Assembly: GCA_938017515.1 (NCBI GenBank)
Contig: CALIJJ010000030.1
Location: forward strand, 6,360-70,359
Length of the DNA: 64,000 nt
Direction: 5' to 3'
Origin: an uncultured Pseudanabaenaceae cyanobacterium
GTDB taxonomy: Bacteria > Cyanobacteriota > Cyanobacteriia > PCC-9006 > JAAUQQ01
The notes beneath the pieces were generated by a model. The model saw only the letters and a list, made by a program, of their open reading frames with translations. It had not been told where the DNA came from and made no database searches. Below are positions 19,486 through 29,483 of the stretch, in pieces. Positions within the stretch are counted from its first letter, which is position 1. Each line of letters opens with the position of its first letter. The translations under genes were made by a program, and so were the position numbers.

Positions 19486-22233
19486 TTATTGTTCACCATA
19501 GTGACTAAGGATTTGTTTGATTTTTCCGCGCTGCTGGCTTTGTAACTCTTTGGGGAAGCTCAGCTCTAGGGCGGCGCGATCGCTCATCTGGGATGACGAA
19601 AACTCTAAACTCTGAACCCGAGCAATGAGACTGTAGGGGGTGGATTGGCTCGGATCAAAGACGAGGATGCCGAGTGTCGGTCGCAAAATTTCTAAATCGC
19701 TGATTTCATCAAAGTCAGGGCAGTCGATTTCGATGCGGAGATCCTGTAGCCCCAGTTCGGTAATTTGTCCGATTTTAGTCTCGCTACCCCAGCCTTCCCA
19801 ATAGAGTTGGGCCTGCGATCGCCCCCGCTTTCGCATCTGCACCCCCATCTCTGGGCGGAACTGTTCGAAGACACGGCGAATGCTCGTGGCAATAAACTGT
19901 AGGGATTCCAGTGGAATGTCCTGCTCATCCCGCTTTTGGGAATACCACTCGTCTACGTCGGAATACAGGACGACGGTCAGGTCATCCCGCTGAATCGGTG
20001 TGGGGTCCAGGAACTGGAGCGATAGTAAGGCTTCGAGTTGGCGCGTTCCGGCGGCGCGAACCACCTGGGCATTGAGCAGAGCCCGTGCTCCAAAATCCCC
20101 TACGAATTCCACCCGAACTTCGCCAGGGATATTAGGCCAAGACGGCAGTAAAATCTGCGTACCTCCTTCGCTTAAATTGATCGTTTTTCCCGGCCAACTT
20201 TGCCCGTCAGCATGAATAATGGCTTGGATTTGTCGCGGTAGCCGATGGAATTTCCGTAGCTGAGGTTGTTCAAAGGCGACGAGACAGGCTGCGATGACTA
20301 GGATTAAGTTAAACAGACACCAAAACGCATTGATTAAAACGGCTTGGGTATCGGCAGGGCTCCACCATAGCCAAAGCGGAACGGCTAGGAGAGAGGCAGC
20401 ACCGATGACGCCTAAGACGACCAAATAACGAATGCTATCAACGTCAAACGATCGCTTTGTTACGGTCAAGCCCTTGTCGGTGACATTGAACGAACCCAGT
20501 TTGGGATTGATCAGAGCTAATAGCGTGACGATGCCCGCCTGAAATGACATCGCAAATTCGTAAATCTCATTCCAGAATGAGAATCGAACGTGTTTATAGG
20601 GAATGTAGTTGGTCTGCATCGACAGGATGACGTAGGGCAAGGCGTAAAAGAGGGTTTCAACCCCTAGACCTTTGACCGAATTAATGCCGAACAATAAATA
20701 AAGGGCTGGTGCAATTAAGTACATCAGCCGTGGAAAGCCAAAAAAGAAATGGGAGGTTGCGCTGAAGTAGCAAATACGTTGGGGAATGGTCAGTTTGAGC
20801 TGTCGATTGAACAGAGGATTTTCTAACCGTAAAATCTGGGCCATGCCCCTGGCCCAACGCACTTGCTGACCCACGTAGGACGAAAACATTTCTGGAGCGA
20901 GACCCGCCACCATGATTTTGTCGTAGTAGATCGTTTTGAGACCTCTGGAGTGGAGCCGCAATGCTGTGTGGCAGTCTTCCGTGACGGTTTCTGTCGCAAT
21001 ACCACCGACCTCCAGCAGACTGTCACGGCGAATAATGGCAGCGGACCCACAAAAGAACGTGGCGTTCCAGGTGTCGTTGCCCTTTTGTAAGACCTTGTAA
21101 AACAGCTCGTTGCCGACCGGAATTCGTCCCCGGGTGCGTAGATTGCGCTCGAAGGGATCAGGGTTGTAGAACCAATGCGGCGTCTGGACTAGGGCAACTC
21201 TCGGATCTTGGAAAAAACCGACGGTTTCACTGAGGATTTTGCAGGCGGGAATATGGTCACAGTCGAGGATCAGCACCAAGTCGCCTTGGGTTTTCGGCAG
21301 GGCCGTGTTGATGTTGCCTGCCTTGGCATGTTCGTTGTTGTCACGGGTGAGCATGGTGCAGTCCAGTTCGTCGCACATCTGTTGTAGCGATCGACGGCGT
21401 TCCCGATACTTTTCCGCCCGACCATCATCCAAAACGTAAATCGCGGTTTTGGGATAGTGAATGGAGAGGGCCCCGATGACGGTCTTGCGTACGATGTCCA
21501 CATCTTCGTTGTAGGTGGGGATGTAGATATCGACCGTGGGCCAGTCCGCTTCGGGAATGGTGTCCAGGGGGATGGAGCGGCGATCGCGAATCCTCAGGGT
21601 CTGGAAATAGGCCAAAAACAACGTCGCAATGGCGTAGAGTTCCGCCGCATAGAGCAGCAGTGAGAAAAACGTGTTGAGGATGCCCTCAAAGTTGAGCGTG
21701 TAAAACGTGCGGTAATACCAATAGCGCAGCGTCATGATGGTGCTGAGGGCAATCAGCAACAGGTGGAACCGCTCGCTGGTTCGCTGATTGTTTCGGATGC
21801 CTTCGGGGGAATCGTCCTGGGGTTGATTGTCCTCCAGTTGCACCAGCAGTGTGCCGAGTAAAACGACGCCGACGGCAAGGACAGCCTGCTGTTGCCAGGT
21901 GTTTGCCCGCAGTGTGATCAGCGGAACGCTGGCCCAGCCCAATAGCCCCAGCAACAAGAGCAGCGGGCGACGGCCCAGCCAGCCCAGCCCTTGTTCAAAT
22001 CCTGTGGGCAGTTGCTCGGTCAAGAACTGGGTCAGCGGTGGTGCCCAGCGATGGAAGCCAAACCTGGTCTTGGGATAAACGGGATGTTGCGATCGCCGTT
22101 TATCCCTGGACCCCAGGCTAGCCTCAGGTGTCTGACTGGGGTTTGTCAAACTAGATGAGGCAGGGGAAGATATGGCTCGATGGGGCTCAGAGGCGGATGG
22201 GTTGTGACGGGTAGAGGGATCATTAACCAGCAT
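19486..22233 (-). CDS. bcsA: cellulose synthase catalytic subunit (GT2, BcsA-like) with C-terminal PilZ domain
   Basis: GT2 motifs (DDG, DCDH), the QxxRW motif (QQVRWARG), multiple TM helices and a C-terminal PilZ-like motif (RLPRQ...NLSEGG). It has long N- and C-terminal extensions. Confidence 0.85.
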   Translation of the reverse strand: MLVNDPSTRHNPSASEPHRAISSPASSSLTNPSQTPEASLGSRDKRRSQHPVYPKTRFGFHRWAPPLTQFLTEQLPTGFEQGLGWLGRRPLLLLLGLLGWASVPLITLRANTWQQQAVLAVGVVLLGTLLVQLEDNQPQDDSPEGIRNNQRTSERFHLLLIALSTIMTLRYWYYRTFYTLNFEGILNTFFSLLLYAAELYAIATLFLAYFQTLRIRDRRSIPLDTIPEADWPTVDIYIPTYNEDVDIVRKTVIGALSIHYPKTAIYVLDDGRAEKYRERRRSLQQMCDELDCTMLTRDNNEHAKAGNINTALPKTQGDLVLILDCDHIPACKILSETVGFFQDPRVALVQTPHWFYNPDPFERNLRTRGRIPVGNELFYKVLQKGNDTWNATFFCGSAAIIRRDSLLEVGGIATETVTEDCHTALRLHSRGLKTIYYDKIMVAGLAPEMFSSYVGQQVRWARGMAQILRLENPLFNRQLKLTIPQRICYFSATSHFFFGFPRLMYLIAPALYLLFGINSVKGLGVETLFYALPYVILSMQTNYIPYKHVRFSFWNEIYEFAMSFQAGIVTLLALINPKLGSFNVTDKGLTVTKRSFDVDSIRYLVVLGVIGAASLLAVPLWLWWSPADTQAVLINAFWCLFNLILVIAACLVAFEQPQLRKFHRLPRQIQAIIHADGQSWPGKTINLSEGGTQILLPSWPNIPGEVRVEFVGDFGARALLNAQVVRAAGTRQLEALLSLQFLDPTPIQRDDLTVVLYSDVDEWYSQKRDEQDIPLESLQFIATSIRRVFEQFRPEMGVQMRKRGRSQAQLYWEGWGSETKIGQITELGLQDLRIEIDCPDFDEISDLEILRPTLGILVFDPSQSTPYSLIARVQSLEFSSSQMSDRAALELSFPKELQSQQRGKIKQILSHYGEQ

Positions 22234-22236
22234 CGT

Positions 22237-24732
22237 TTAGTTCTCCCCCGGGCGAGATGGATTGTGGTGGGTTGCCGAGACAGGCTCTCGTTGGTGCGGT
22301 TCGGTCTCTGTTTTGGGGATGTCATGATCTGAAGCGGGGGCGTAGCGGCTGAGGTAGGTTTGCACGATGCCGTAGCCCAGGGCTGCGATGACTAGGAGTG
22401 CTGGAATGGCAAACATCCAATTCCCCGTGAGCGATCGCTGGAGTTGGGCTGCTCTTGACAACTCACTGACCTTGCGTCGTTCGGGGGCCTGGGAGAGAAA
22501 TTCTAAATCGTAGTCTCGTGGGTTGTAGGGGGAGGGGTCCAGTTCCTTGGCGCTGATCAAGACGGTGTCCTGCTGGAGCTGGAAAAAGAGACCGTCGCGA
22601 TCGAACACATCCTGGACCCGCTCCAACCCCTCGGCGGTTTGGCCGCTGAGCATCAGCAACACACGGTTGGGATTCCAAGGGGATAAAATCTCGCGAATTA
22701 TGCCGTCTGTATCGGGCAGCGTGCGGATTTCGCTTTTGGCTCGCTGGCGTTTCCAGCGGGATCGCAGCCGAAAGTTGCCGGTTTCGAGGGCTTGGAGAAA
22801 GGGAAACCGTGCCTGAGTGCCGAGGGCGATGAGGTGGGCACTGTTGCGAACCTCATCGGGCAGCGTGCTCTCGGAATAGACGCCCAGTTTGACGGAATTG
22901 GCTCGGCTAACGCGACCCAATCGTTCGGCGACTTCCAGCAACAGCAGCATTTCTTCGGGCTTGGCTTGGTCGGGCAGAACCATCGCAGTGCGCGACAGAT
23001 CCTGGGGTGCTGCGAAGGGATATCCCGCCTGGAGGCGATCGAGATCCGGTAGTTTGGTGCCCACCTCGCGCTGAAGGTCAAATTCGGTTGTGCCGTGAAC
23101 CGTGCCCCAGAGGTGTTGATCAACGGCTCGGTTGCAGGAGCGGCGCTCGCGCGGGTCCATCTGGAACAGGACCTGGAGTTTGGAGTTGTGGCGGATTTTG
23201 TTTTCCGGCAGTTTGACGATTAGGTTTTCGTTGCGTGAGCCCTTAATGGAATCGAGTTTCTTGCCTCCCAGGGGAAGCCCGTCGAGGCGCACCTCCAGCA
23301 GTGACGTGAGCGGATTCATTTGGGGGCCATAGCTGTAGCGCAGTTTGACCTCGTTACCCGGTAAAAAGCTGTCGTCGGGTAAGGCCCGCATATCAAACTC
23401 GATGGTGGGGGCTTCTGCGCCGCGTACGGTGATGTCGCCGTAGGGGCGGTCGAGAAAGTCCGTCAGGTTTTGCAGTTCAAAGCGATCGCTGCTGGGCAAA
23501 TACCCCGGCCAGTCGCGGGCATCCGGCGAAGGGACATCCGCCAGGGTTTCGACCACGAGGGTCTGGCCCGTGGCAATGTCGCGATCGCGATCTTGGAGCA
23601 GCAACTGAACCGCTTTGGCGATGCCCGCATCATCTGGGCCACTGGCCACCAGAACGGACTGCCCCTGGGGAGCACTGCCGAGCATCAGAAGACCGGTTTC
23701 GGCGCTGAGGGTTTTGCCCTGCTCGTCCTGGAGTTTGCCACTCAGCGCCAGCGGTAGCTGCAATGTATCGAGGGATTCAACGTCAGCAAACTGCTCCGGG
23801 TTGCCGACAATGACGAGACGTTCGTTGACCTTGAGCTCATCGGGCGATCGCACCAGCCGAGTCTCCAAGGGGCGATAGCGAGCATAGCGGCCAAAGGAGG
23901 TTTGCAGCCGAGCCACCGCCGTCAGCCAGGTATCGTCCACGGTTTTGGGGAGCAGATAGGCAATCTGATTGGGGTCAAGGCTCAGTTCATCAAAAATCGG
24001 ATAGGGGTATTGGCTGAAGTCCAGGGCCACGGGCTGGGGGGCGAAGTTAAACACCAGCTTGGAGTCGGGCATGACCTCGGTCCAGAGGGACGGGTCGAAG
24101 GGGTCCTGGGTGCAGGTGGGAGAGTTGTTTTGCAGCGCCGCAACGACGACTTCGTTGTAGTCCTGGAGCAGGTGGGTGGGAATGTCGTAGATCGCTGTAC
24201 CAATGGTGCCCTCACGGTTATTCAAGGGCACGGTGCCAACGCTGACCCCGTTGATCAGCACGCTTAGGTTGGAGCGGGTTGCATACAGGGCCGGAGAATG
24301 GCGAAACCGCAGCATGATTTTGGCATTCTGGGTCTCCCAGTTGCGGGGACGGGTAAAGCGCAGTCGAGCCTCGTCGTAGATGCTGCGCAACTGCAGACGA
24401 CTGCCGACGATCGGACTGCGGTTAAATTCCAGAATGTATTCGCCGGAGTCGAGGGATTCGATCGGGCCGACCTTTGGGGGCAGCGTCGGGATTTCATCCC
24501 GGAGAATCCGTTCGTTTTGGCGTATTTCTTGCTCTAGGATGCGGGCATCAGCTGGACGAGCCGGTGCGTCGGACTCCAGTTGGGCGGGGGCTGGTTGGCT
24601 CCAGATACTCAGCCAGCATGAGGCAGCCAGTAGGCTTAGCAACAATAGGGGCTTCAGGGATTTATTTCGCCGGGCTGAGTTGAATTTGATGCTTCGTGGC
24701 GATCCTGTTCTCTGTTTCCTCACCTGTTTCAT
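22237..24732 (-). CDS. BcsB-like periplasmic cellulose synthase subunit (signal peptide, C-terminal TM anchor)
   Basis: 831 aa protein that is largely periplasmic, with a single C-terminal TM helix as in BcsB. Its stop lies 3 nt before the bcsA start, implying translational coupling. The family assignment rests on architecture and context only. Confidence 0.5.
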   Translation of the reverse strand: MKQVRKQRTGSPRSIKFNSARRNKSLKPLLLLSLLAASCWLSIWSQPAPAQLESDAPARPADARILEQEIRQNERILRDEIPTLPPKVGPIESLDSGEYILEFNRSPIVGSRLQLRSIYDEARLRFTRPRNWETQNAKIMLRFRHSPALYATRSNLSVLINGVSVGTVPLNNREGTIGTAIYDIPTHLLQDYNEVVVAALQNNSPTCTQDPFDPSLWTEVMPDSKLVFNFAPQPVALDFSQYPYPIFDELSLDPNQIAYLLPKTVDDTWLTAVARLQTSFGRYARYRPLETRLVRSPDELKVNERLVIVGNPEQFADVESLDTLQLPLALSGKLQDEQGKTLSAETGLLMLGSAPQGQSVLVASGPDDAGIAKAVQLLLQDRDRDIATGQTLVVETLADVPSPDARDWPGYLPSSDRFELQNLTDFLDRPYGDITVRGAEAPTIEFDMRALPDDSFLPGNEVKLRYSYGPQMNPLTSLLEVRLDGLPLGGKKLDSIKGSRNENLIVKLPENKIRHNSKLQVLFQMDPRERRSCNRAVDQHLWGTVHGTTEFDLQREVGTKLPDLDRLQAGYPFAAPQDLSRTAMVLPDQAKPEEMLLLLEVAERLGRVSRANSVKLGVYSESTLPDEVRNSAHLIALGTQARFPFLQALETGNFRLRSRWKRQRAKSEIRTLPDTDGIIREILSPWNPNRVLLMLSGQTAEGLERVQDVFDRDGLFFQLQQDTVLISAKELDPSPYNPRDYDLEFLSQAPERRKVSELSRAAQLQRSLTGNWMFAIPALLVIAALGYGIVQTYLSRYAPASDHDIPKTETEPHQREPVSATHHNPSRPGEN

Positions 24733-24850
24733 TGCTCAGCTCCTGTCGATAACACACCCATGCTGCTCTCCCTCAAGGCTCAAACGTTGCTCTAATCCAT
24801 CCGTGCTCTAATCCATCCGTGTTCTAATCCATCCGTTCTGGCTGCCTGGC

Positions 24851-26419
24851 TCAGTAGCGCTCCCATCGCGGTTGAAAGCCGCGTCGCCTCAGAAAACTTC
24901 GCCGGACGCTGCGTTGGCGCTGGCGAATCGCCCGGTCTGTATCGGGATTTTCAACGTCAGATAGGCTAGCTCCAGATACATCAGCTTCCGGTACACCGGC
25001 TTTTGGTACATCGGCTTCCGGTACATCGGCCAGCGCCAATCGTGCCGCTTCAAACTGGGCCAGGGCCTCCTTTGGCTTGTCCTGGGCTAGCAGTAGCTCC
25101 GCAAAGGTTCGCCGTGTCGTTGCATCGCTGGGCCGTTGGGAAATTAACTGGCGATAGAGGGATTCCGCCTCGCTCAGACGCTGCTGCTCAAATCGGATAG
25201 CGGCAATACCGGCCAAGGCATCGAGCTGTTGGGGGGCATCGGCAACGTCGCGCAGTGTCTGATAGCGAGTGGCGCTGGCTTCCAGCTGGCCGTCCCGTCG
25301 ATCGAGCTCCGCCAACAGAAACTCTGTACCGATGTCCAAATCGGGCGTTGCGGCCTGGTATGCGAGTAGATTGGTTCGCGCACTGACCCAGTCCTGTTGC
25401 TGCATCTCAATTTGTGCGACCCGAAAGCGCAAAAACTCGACGGGCTCGGGTTCTTGCAAGAGTTGCTGGAGGGTGGGCAATAGGCGCGGGGGCAGCGCAT
25501 CAAAGGTGGTGAGGACATTGGCGATCGCCCGCCGTTTTTCCGCTTCGGGCAAGAGCGGCTCCAGGGTTGGCTTGAGTGCAGACAGGGCTGCTGCTGGATC
25601 GCCGTTGGCTTGGTGGGAAAGGGTCAAGCCAATCAGTTGTTCAAAGGCTTGATTGGCATCGTCGGGTTTGAAGCGTTCCAGGATTTGAATCGCGGTTCGA
25701 GGTTGATCTTGCTTGCGCAGGGCGGTGGCGTAGGCCAGCGTCGCCGCAGACGATAAGGCTTTCCCCTGGGCCTGATAGCGTTCGAACAGGGGCAGGGCAA
25801 CGTCGGTGCGATCGCTGTAGGTATAGATTTGGGCGGCATTGACGAGGATTGTTGGCTCGGGCTGTGGGGCCGCCAGCAAAATTTCGTAGTCGGCGATCGC
25901 CTCGGGGAACCGTTGTTGGTAGCCCAACAGCAAAGCACGCTGGCCACGCAGTGTCAGCTCATCATCGGGGCGCTGCTGGAGCAGCTGACTCAAAGCTGCG
26001 ATTCCTGTGGTCTGCCATTCCGGACGATAGCTGCCCATGGTTCCGACGGCCCGCAGGGCGTCAGCATCGTCTGGTGCTTGAGCCAATACGGATTGGTAGG
26101 TGTTCCAGGCCTCTTCATCTCGCCCCGCTTTTTGGTAGGCCATGGCGAGACCCTGCTTCGCTCGCAGGGCATTGGGGGTTGCGGCTAGCGCAGCTTCGAA
26201 GGCTGCAATGGCATCATCAATCCAACCCTTGGCCAGGAAGTCATACCCCGCTGCTAGGGCGCTTGGGGTTGAGGTTTCTACAGGATTGTTGCCGGGGAGG
26301 AGATCGGTGCTTTGCGCCTGGGCGGGTTGTATCCCAACCCCGCTGCACAGGGCGATCGCCCCCCAAGCATATGCCCATCCCCAGCGACTCAACCGATGCT
26401 CCATGGTTCGACCTTCCAT
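24851..26419 (-). CDS. secreted TPR-repeat protein (BcsC N-terminal-like)
   Basis: Signal peptide followed by repeated TPR-like helical pairs (AxxAxxxGxxEEAxxxYQ). It lies immediately upstream of the bcsB-like gene. Confidence 0.6.
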   Translation of the reverse strand: MEGRTMEHRLSRWGWAYAWGAIALCSGVGIQPAQAQSTDLLPGNNPVETSTPSALAAGYDFLAKGWIDDAIAAFEAALAATPNALRAKQGLAMAYQKAGRDEEAWNTYQSVLAQAPDDADALRAVGTMGSYRPEWQTTGIAALSQLLQQRPDDELTLRGQRALLLGYQQRFPEAIADYEILLAAPQPEPTILVNAAQIYTYSDRTDVALPLFERYQAQGKALSSAATLAYATALRKQDQPRTAIQILERFKPDDANQAFEQLIGLTLSHQANGDPAAALSALKPTLEPLLPEAEKRRAIANVLTTFDALPPRLLPTLQQLLQEPEPVEFLRFRVAQIEMQQQDWVSARTNLLAYQAATPDLDIGTEFLLAELDRRDGQLEASATRYQTLRDVADAPQQLDALAGIAAIRFEQQRLSEAESLYRQLISQRPSDATTRRTFAELLLAQDKPKEALAQFEAARLALADVPEADVPKAGVPEADVSGASLSDVENPDTDRAIRQRQRSVRRSFLRRRGFQPRWERY

Positions 26420-26472
26420 AAAAATTGCTGTTTGCCCTGATATCCCGTGCCTTAAACCTGATGTCCCTTGCC

Positions 26473-27711
26473 TTAAAACTGGGCCCTGAGACGAATACCC
26501 AGCACCGTCTCTGTAAACGCTTCGCGCTCCTGAAGCGACACGGCAACGCGGACATCGTCCCGAATGGGAACGTCATAAAAGGCTTCCAGGACATCTGGGC
26601 GATTGCCTGTGCGTAAATCATTCTGGGAGAGTTCTCGCCCGTAGCCGAGTCCGAGGCGATCGCCCTCCCAAGCCACATTGAGCCAGTTGAGTCCAAAACT
26701 GTAGGTGTCGCCTGCCTCATCCAATTCAATATTGCGATAGCGACTGTAGCGACCAAACAGACCGAGGTTGGCGGCCGGGATAAAGACCTCTCCATTGACG
26801 CCGTAGGCTTCTTCGCGATCGCCATCCCTCAGCCCAAACTGTCCGTCACCGCGATCGAATTGGAAAATCTCGTCAAAACCGCTGCGATTGCCCGCATCTC
26901 GAGCCGTGGTGTAGGTTCCACGCACAATCACATTGTCCCAGCGAACGCCGAGTTCCCCCGCAAAGGCATCAAGAGACCAATCCTCTAACGCTCGACTGGA
27001 CGAAAATCCCGATGCTTTCAGCTCCAGCGCATCGACCGGACTCCAGTTCACGAGTAAACCTGGCTTGGCTCCAATGCCTGCTGCATTGAGGGCAGGGCTG
27101 GTTTCAAAGACTGGATTGAAGAAGTGTGTTGTCTTGTCCTTCGAAAAGCTATTGCGATCGAAGTAGGAGGTCAAATCGATCAACCCCGCTACAAACCGTA
27201 GCTCCGGCATGGGTTCAGGAGCGTAGGCAACATAGAGTTCGTTCAGCTTGAGGCTCAAATCAGACTCCGTGAAGGCCTCCCCAAAAAGAAGGTCAGCCTC
27301 CGCGCCCAGCAGTAGCGAATCGCCCATGGGGTAAAGCACGGTTCCCCTCAGTCGGCCGGAACTTTCGCCATTCTCTTGAAAGAAAACGGCTTGCCCTCGC
27401 GTTTCAAGGGGACCATATGCCTGGGATATTTCTGGACGTAATGCGTCGTTGTCTTCAAAAATTTGAGCGTGCAAATCTGATGCATCGACAGAGATACGCT
27501 GCGGCAACGTTTCTGCTCGCTCGATCGGCACAATTACCGTCTCAAAAATGTCTTGAGGTGGTGCCTGTGCAGATACAGTTGTGAGGACACCTGTACTGAC
27601 ACACAAGAATGTGGCAACTGAAAACGGGTGCCCAATGACGGAAGTCTTGAGCCCTAAAAAATACACGCTACTCCTAAGTTGCTCGTTTGGATGCTCAAAC
27701 GATGCTGCCAA
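26473..27711 (-). CDS. outer-membrane beta-barrel protein (porin / BcsC C-terminal-like)
   Basis: Alternating amphipathic beta-strand pattern, rich in aromatic residues and Gly, ending in a C-terminal Phe (RLRAQF). The start lies 53 nt upstream of the TPR gene on the same strand. Confidence 0.55.
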   Translation of the reverse strand: MAASFEHPNEQLRSSVYFLGLKTSVIGHPFSVATFLCVSTGVLTTVSAQAPPQDIFETVIVPIERAETLPQRISVDASDLHAQIFEDNDALRPEISQAYGPLETRGQAVFFQENGESSGRLRGTVLYPMGDSLLLGAEADLLFGEAFTESDLSLKLNELYVAYAPEPMPELRFVAGLIDLTSYFDRNSFSKDKTTHFFNPVFETSPALNAAGIGAKPGLLVNWSPVDALELKASGFSSSRALEDWSLDAFAGELGVRWDNVIVRGTYTTARDAGNRSGFDEIFQFDRGDGQFGLRDGDREEAYGVNGEVFIPAANLGLFGRYSRYRNIELDEAGDTYSFGLNWLNVAWEGDRLGLGYGRELSQNDLRTGNRPDVLEAFYDVPIRDDVRVAVSLQEREAFTETVLGIRLRAQF

Positions 27712-28097
27712 ATAGTGCTCCAGAATACAAAAGCGAGATGACTCGATTTGCCTATCGCGATTTGGCTTAAAAAAATGGAATGGTTAGAAAATCGCTTCAG
27801 CAATCTCCCTTAAAACTATACCCATAGAGATAGATGCAAGCAAGAAGAAAACCGTATTTATGCCCGATTATCTACTGCTCAGTTGATTCTGTAAGTCTGT
27901 CGCTTAGAAGACAAGATCAAACTTTACTGTTGTCCGCTTGAATCTCAAAACCCCCATGGTCTCGCCCCTGAGGGGTCTAACCCGTGGCTGCTATTGGCGA
28001 AAAGTATTGCGCTTATTGCATCACTAATCTGATGCTTTTCGCTAGGAATTTGATTCAGTAATGTTGTGTTTTTGACTTCATTGTTCGACGTTTTTTT

Positions 28098-28154
28098 ACC
28101 AGGAAATTGGAACAGAATCAGCCGTTGTGTATCGTATTTTTCCTGGTTTTTTTT
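28098..28154 (+). terminator. orphan intrinsic-terminator-like hairpin (9-bp stem ACCAGGAAA/TTTCCTGGT, 32-nt loop) followed by T7
   Basis: Seen in sequence. There is no plus-strand gene upstream within 470 bp, and both flanking genes are on the minus strand. Confidence 0.35.
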
Positions 28155-28179
28155 AGGGATTAGTGTCTCTCTGTCTGCT

Positions 28180-29421
28180 TTAGTCGGTCTTTCGTTTGGG
28201 GAGGAACCGTTGTGGGCTTAATTGTGTCACTAGGGCGTCATTCTGTTTTTTATACATCGCTTTGGCAAAGCGTTGGGCGACTGGCAGGACATAGACAAAA
28301 GGGCTGCTAAATCCTGAAAATAGTAATAGGTTTTCCATATTCGGAACTTCTCCAACCAAGGGAAGTCCGTCTTGGCTAAAGGCAACACAGGTGGAAATCC
28401 ACTGGCCGGTTAGGGGTTTGCTGCAGGGTAGAACTCGACCCACGGCCTCTCGAATGTGTTGGCTGCTCTCAGTCGCGTTCGTCTGAAATGTCAAGCTCGT
28501 TTGGGCGCGGCTGATTTGACCTAGGCAGCAGTGACCATCTGCAAACTGAACGAGTCCTGCATCTAGAATGGGTGCCAGAATCGTTTGCCCGGTCTGGTCT
28601 GATTCCCAGTCCTGGGCTTGGGTCGGACTGCCCGCCTCTGCTTCCAGGGCAAAGCGTTGCTGAACCGCAGGCATCACCAGGGTTTGCATCTCAAAGGGGG
28701 CCGGTGGGGTTTCGATCAGCTCAGCATGGGTGAAGTAGAGCGGTATGGAGAGATTCTGTTGTTTGAGCAACCTTCGCGTCCAGGCTCCGGCGCAGAGAAT
28801 GACGCGATCGCCCAAAATCCTCTCGCTGATGCGATCCTCGGTGACCTGAACGCCGCAGGCTCGGCGATTCTCTGCTGACCTTCCGTCCTGCAAGATGTCC
28901 GTTACCTGTCCGATCTTGGTGATGCCGCCCAAGCGCTCGAAAGCACGACGATATCCTGTCACGAGCGCGAGCGGGGAAACATGGCCGTGGGGTAGGCATA
29001 GGGCGCCGGCGATCGCCTCCGGATTGAGGAGGGGCTCTCGCTCCAGTGCCTCCGTTCGGCTCAGTACTTCCGGCTGAATCATAAATGATTCGTAGCGAGT
29101 GGCGATCGCCGCTGGATCTTGGCCCGCCTCGACGGTGAGCAGGAGGGAGCGCTGCTGAAATTGCGTATCAAATTCTAATTCATCCGAGAGTTGCGGGTGA
29201 CGGGCGATCGCTTCATGGCAGAGTGTTTGCGTGAGTTCGGAGGTGCCTGCCCAGTAAGCGATGCCCCCATAGCTATAGCGCGTTGCTCCGGGTGAAGTTG
29301 GATTTGGATCGATTAGAAGTACAGAATCTCCATACTGGATCAGCTCGTAAGCCAGTGCGGCTCCGCATAGACCTCCCCCCACGAGAATCCAGTCGTACTT
29401 GTCGTCTTTATGGGGTCCCAT
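28180..29421 (-). CDS. FAD-dependent oxidoreductase (DAO/glycine-oxidase-like)
   Basis: N-terminal Rossmann dinucleotide-binding motif DWILVGGGLCGAALAYEL. 413 aa. Confidence 0.7.
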   Translation of the reverse strand: MGPHKDDKYDWILVGGGLCGAALAYELIQYGDSVLLIDPNPTSPGATRYSYGGIAYWAGTSELTQTLCHEAIARHPQLSDELEFDTQFQQRSLLLTVEAGQDPAAIATRYESFMIQPEVLSRTEALEREPLLNPEAIAGALCLPHGHVSPLALVTGYRRAFERLGGITKIGQVTDILQDGRSAENRRACGVQVTEDRISERILGDRVILCAGAWTRRLLKQQNLSIPLYFTHAELIETPPAPFEMQTLVMPAVQQRFALEAEAGSPTQAQDWESDQTGQTILAPILDAGLVQFADGHCCLGQISRAQTSLTFQTNATESSQHIREAVGRVLPCSKPLTGQWISTCVAFSQDGLPLVGEVPNMENLLLFSGFSSPFVYVLPVAQRFAKAMYKKQNDALVTQLSPQRFLPKRKTD

Positions 29422-29483
29422 TCTCTTCTATCCCTTTTTTCCTTGCTGCACTCCCACCTTTATTCATTGAAGCTGATTTTTGA

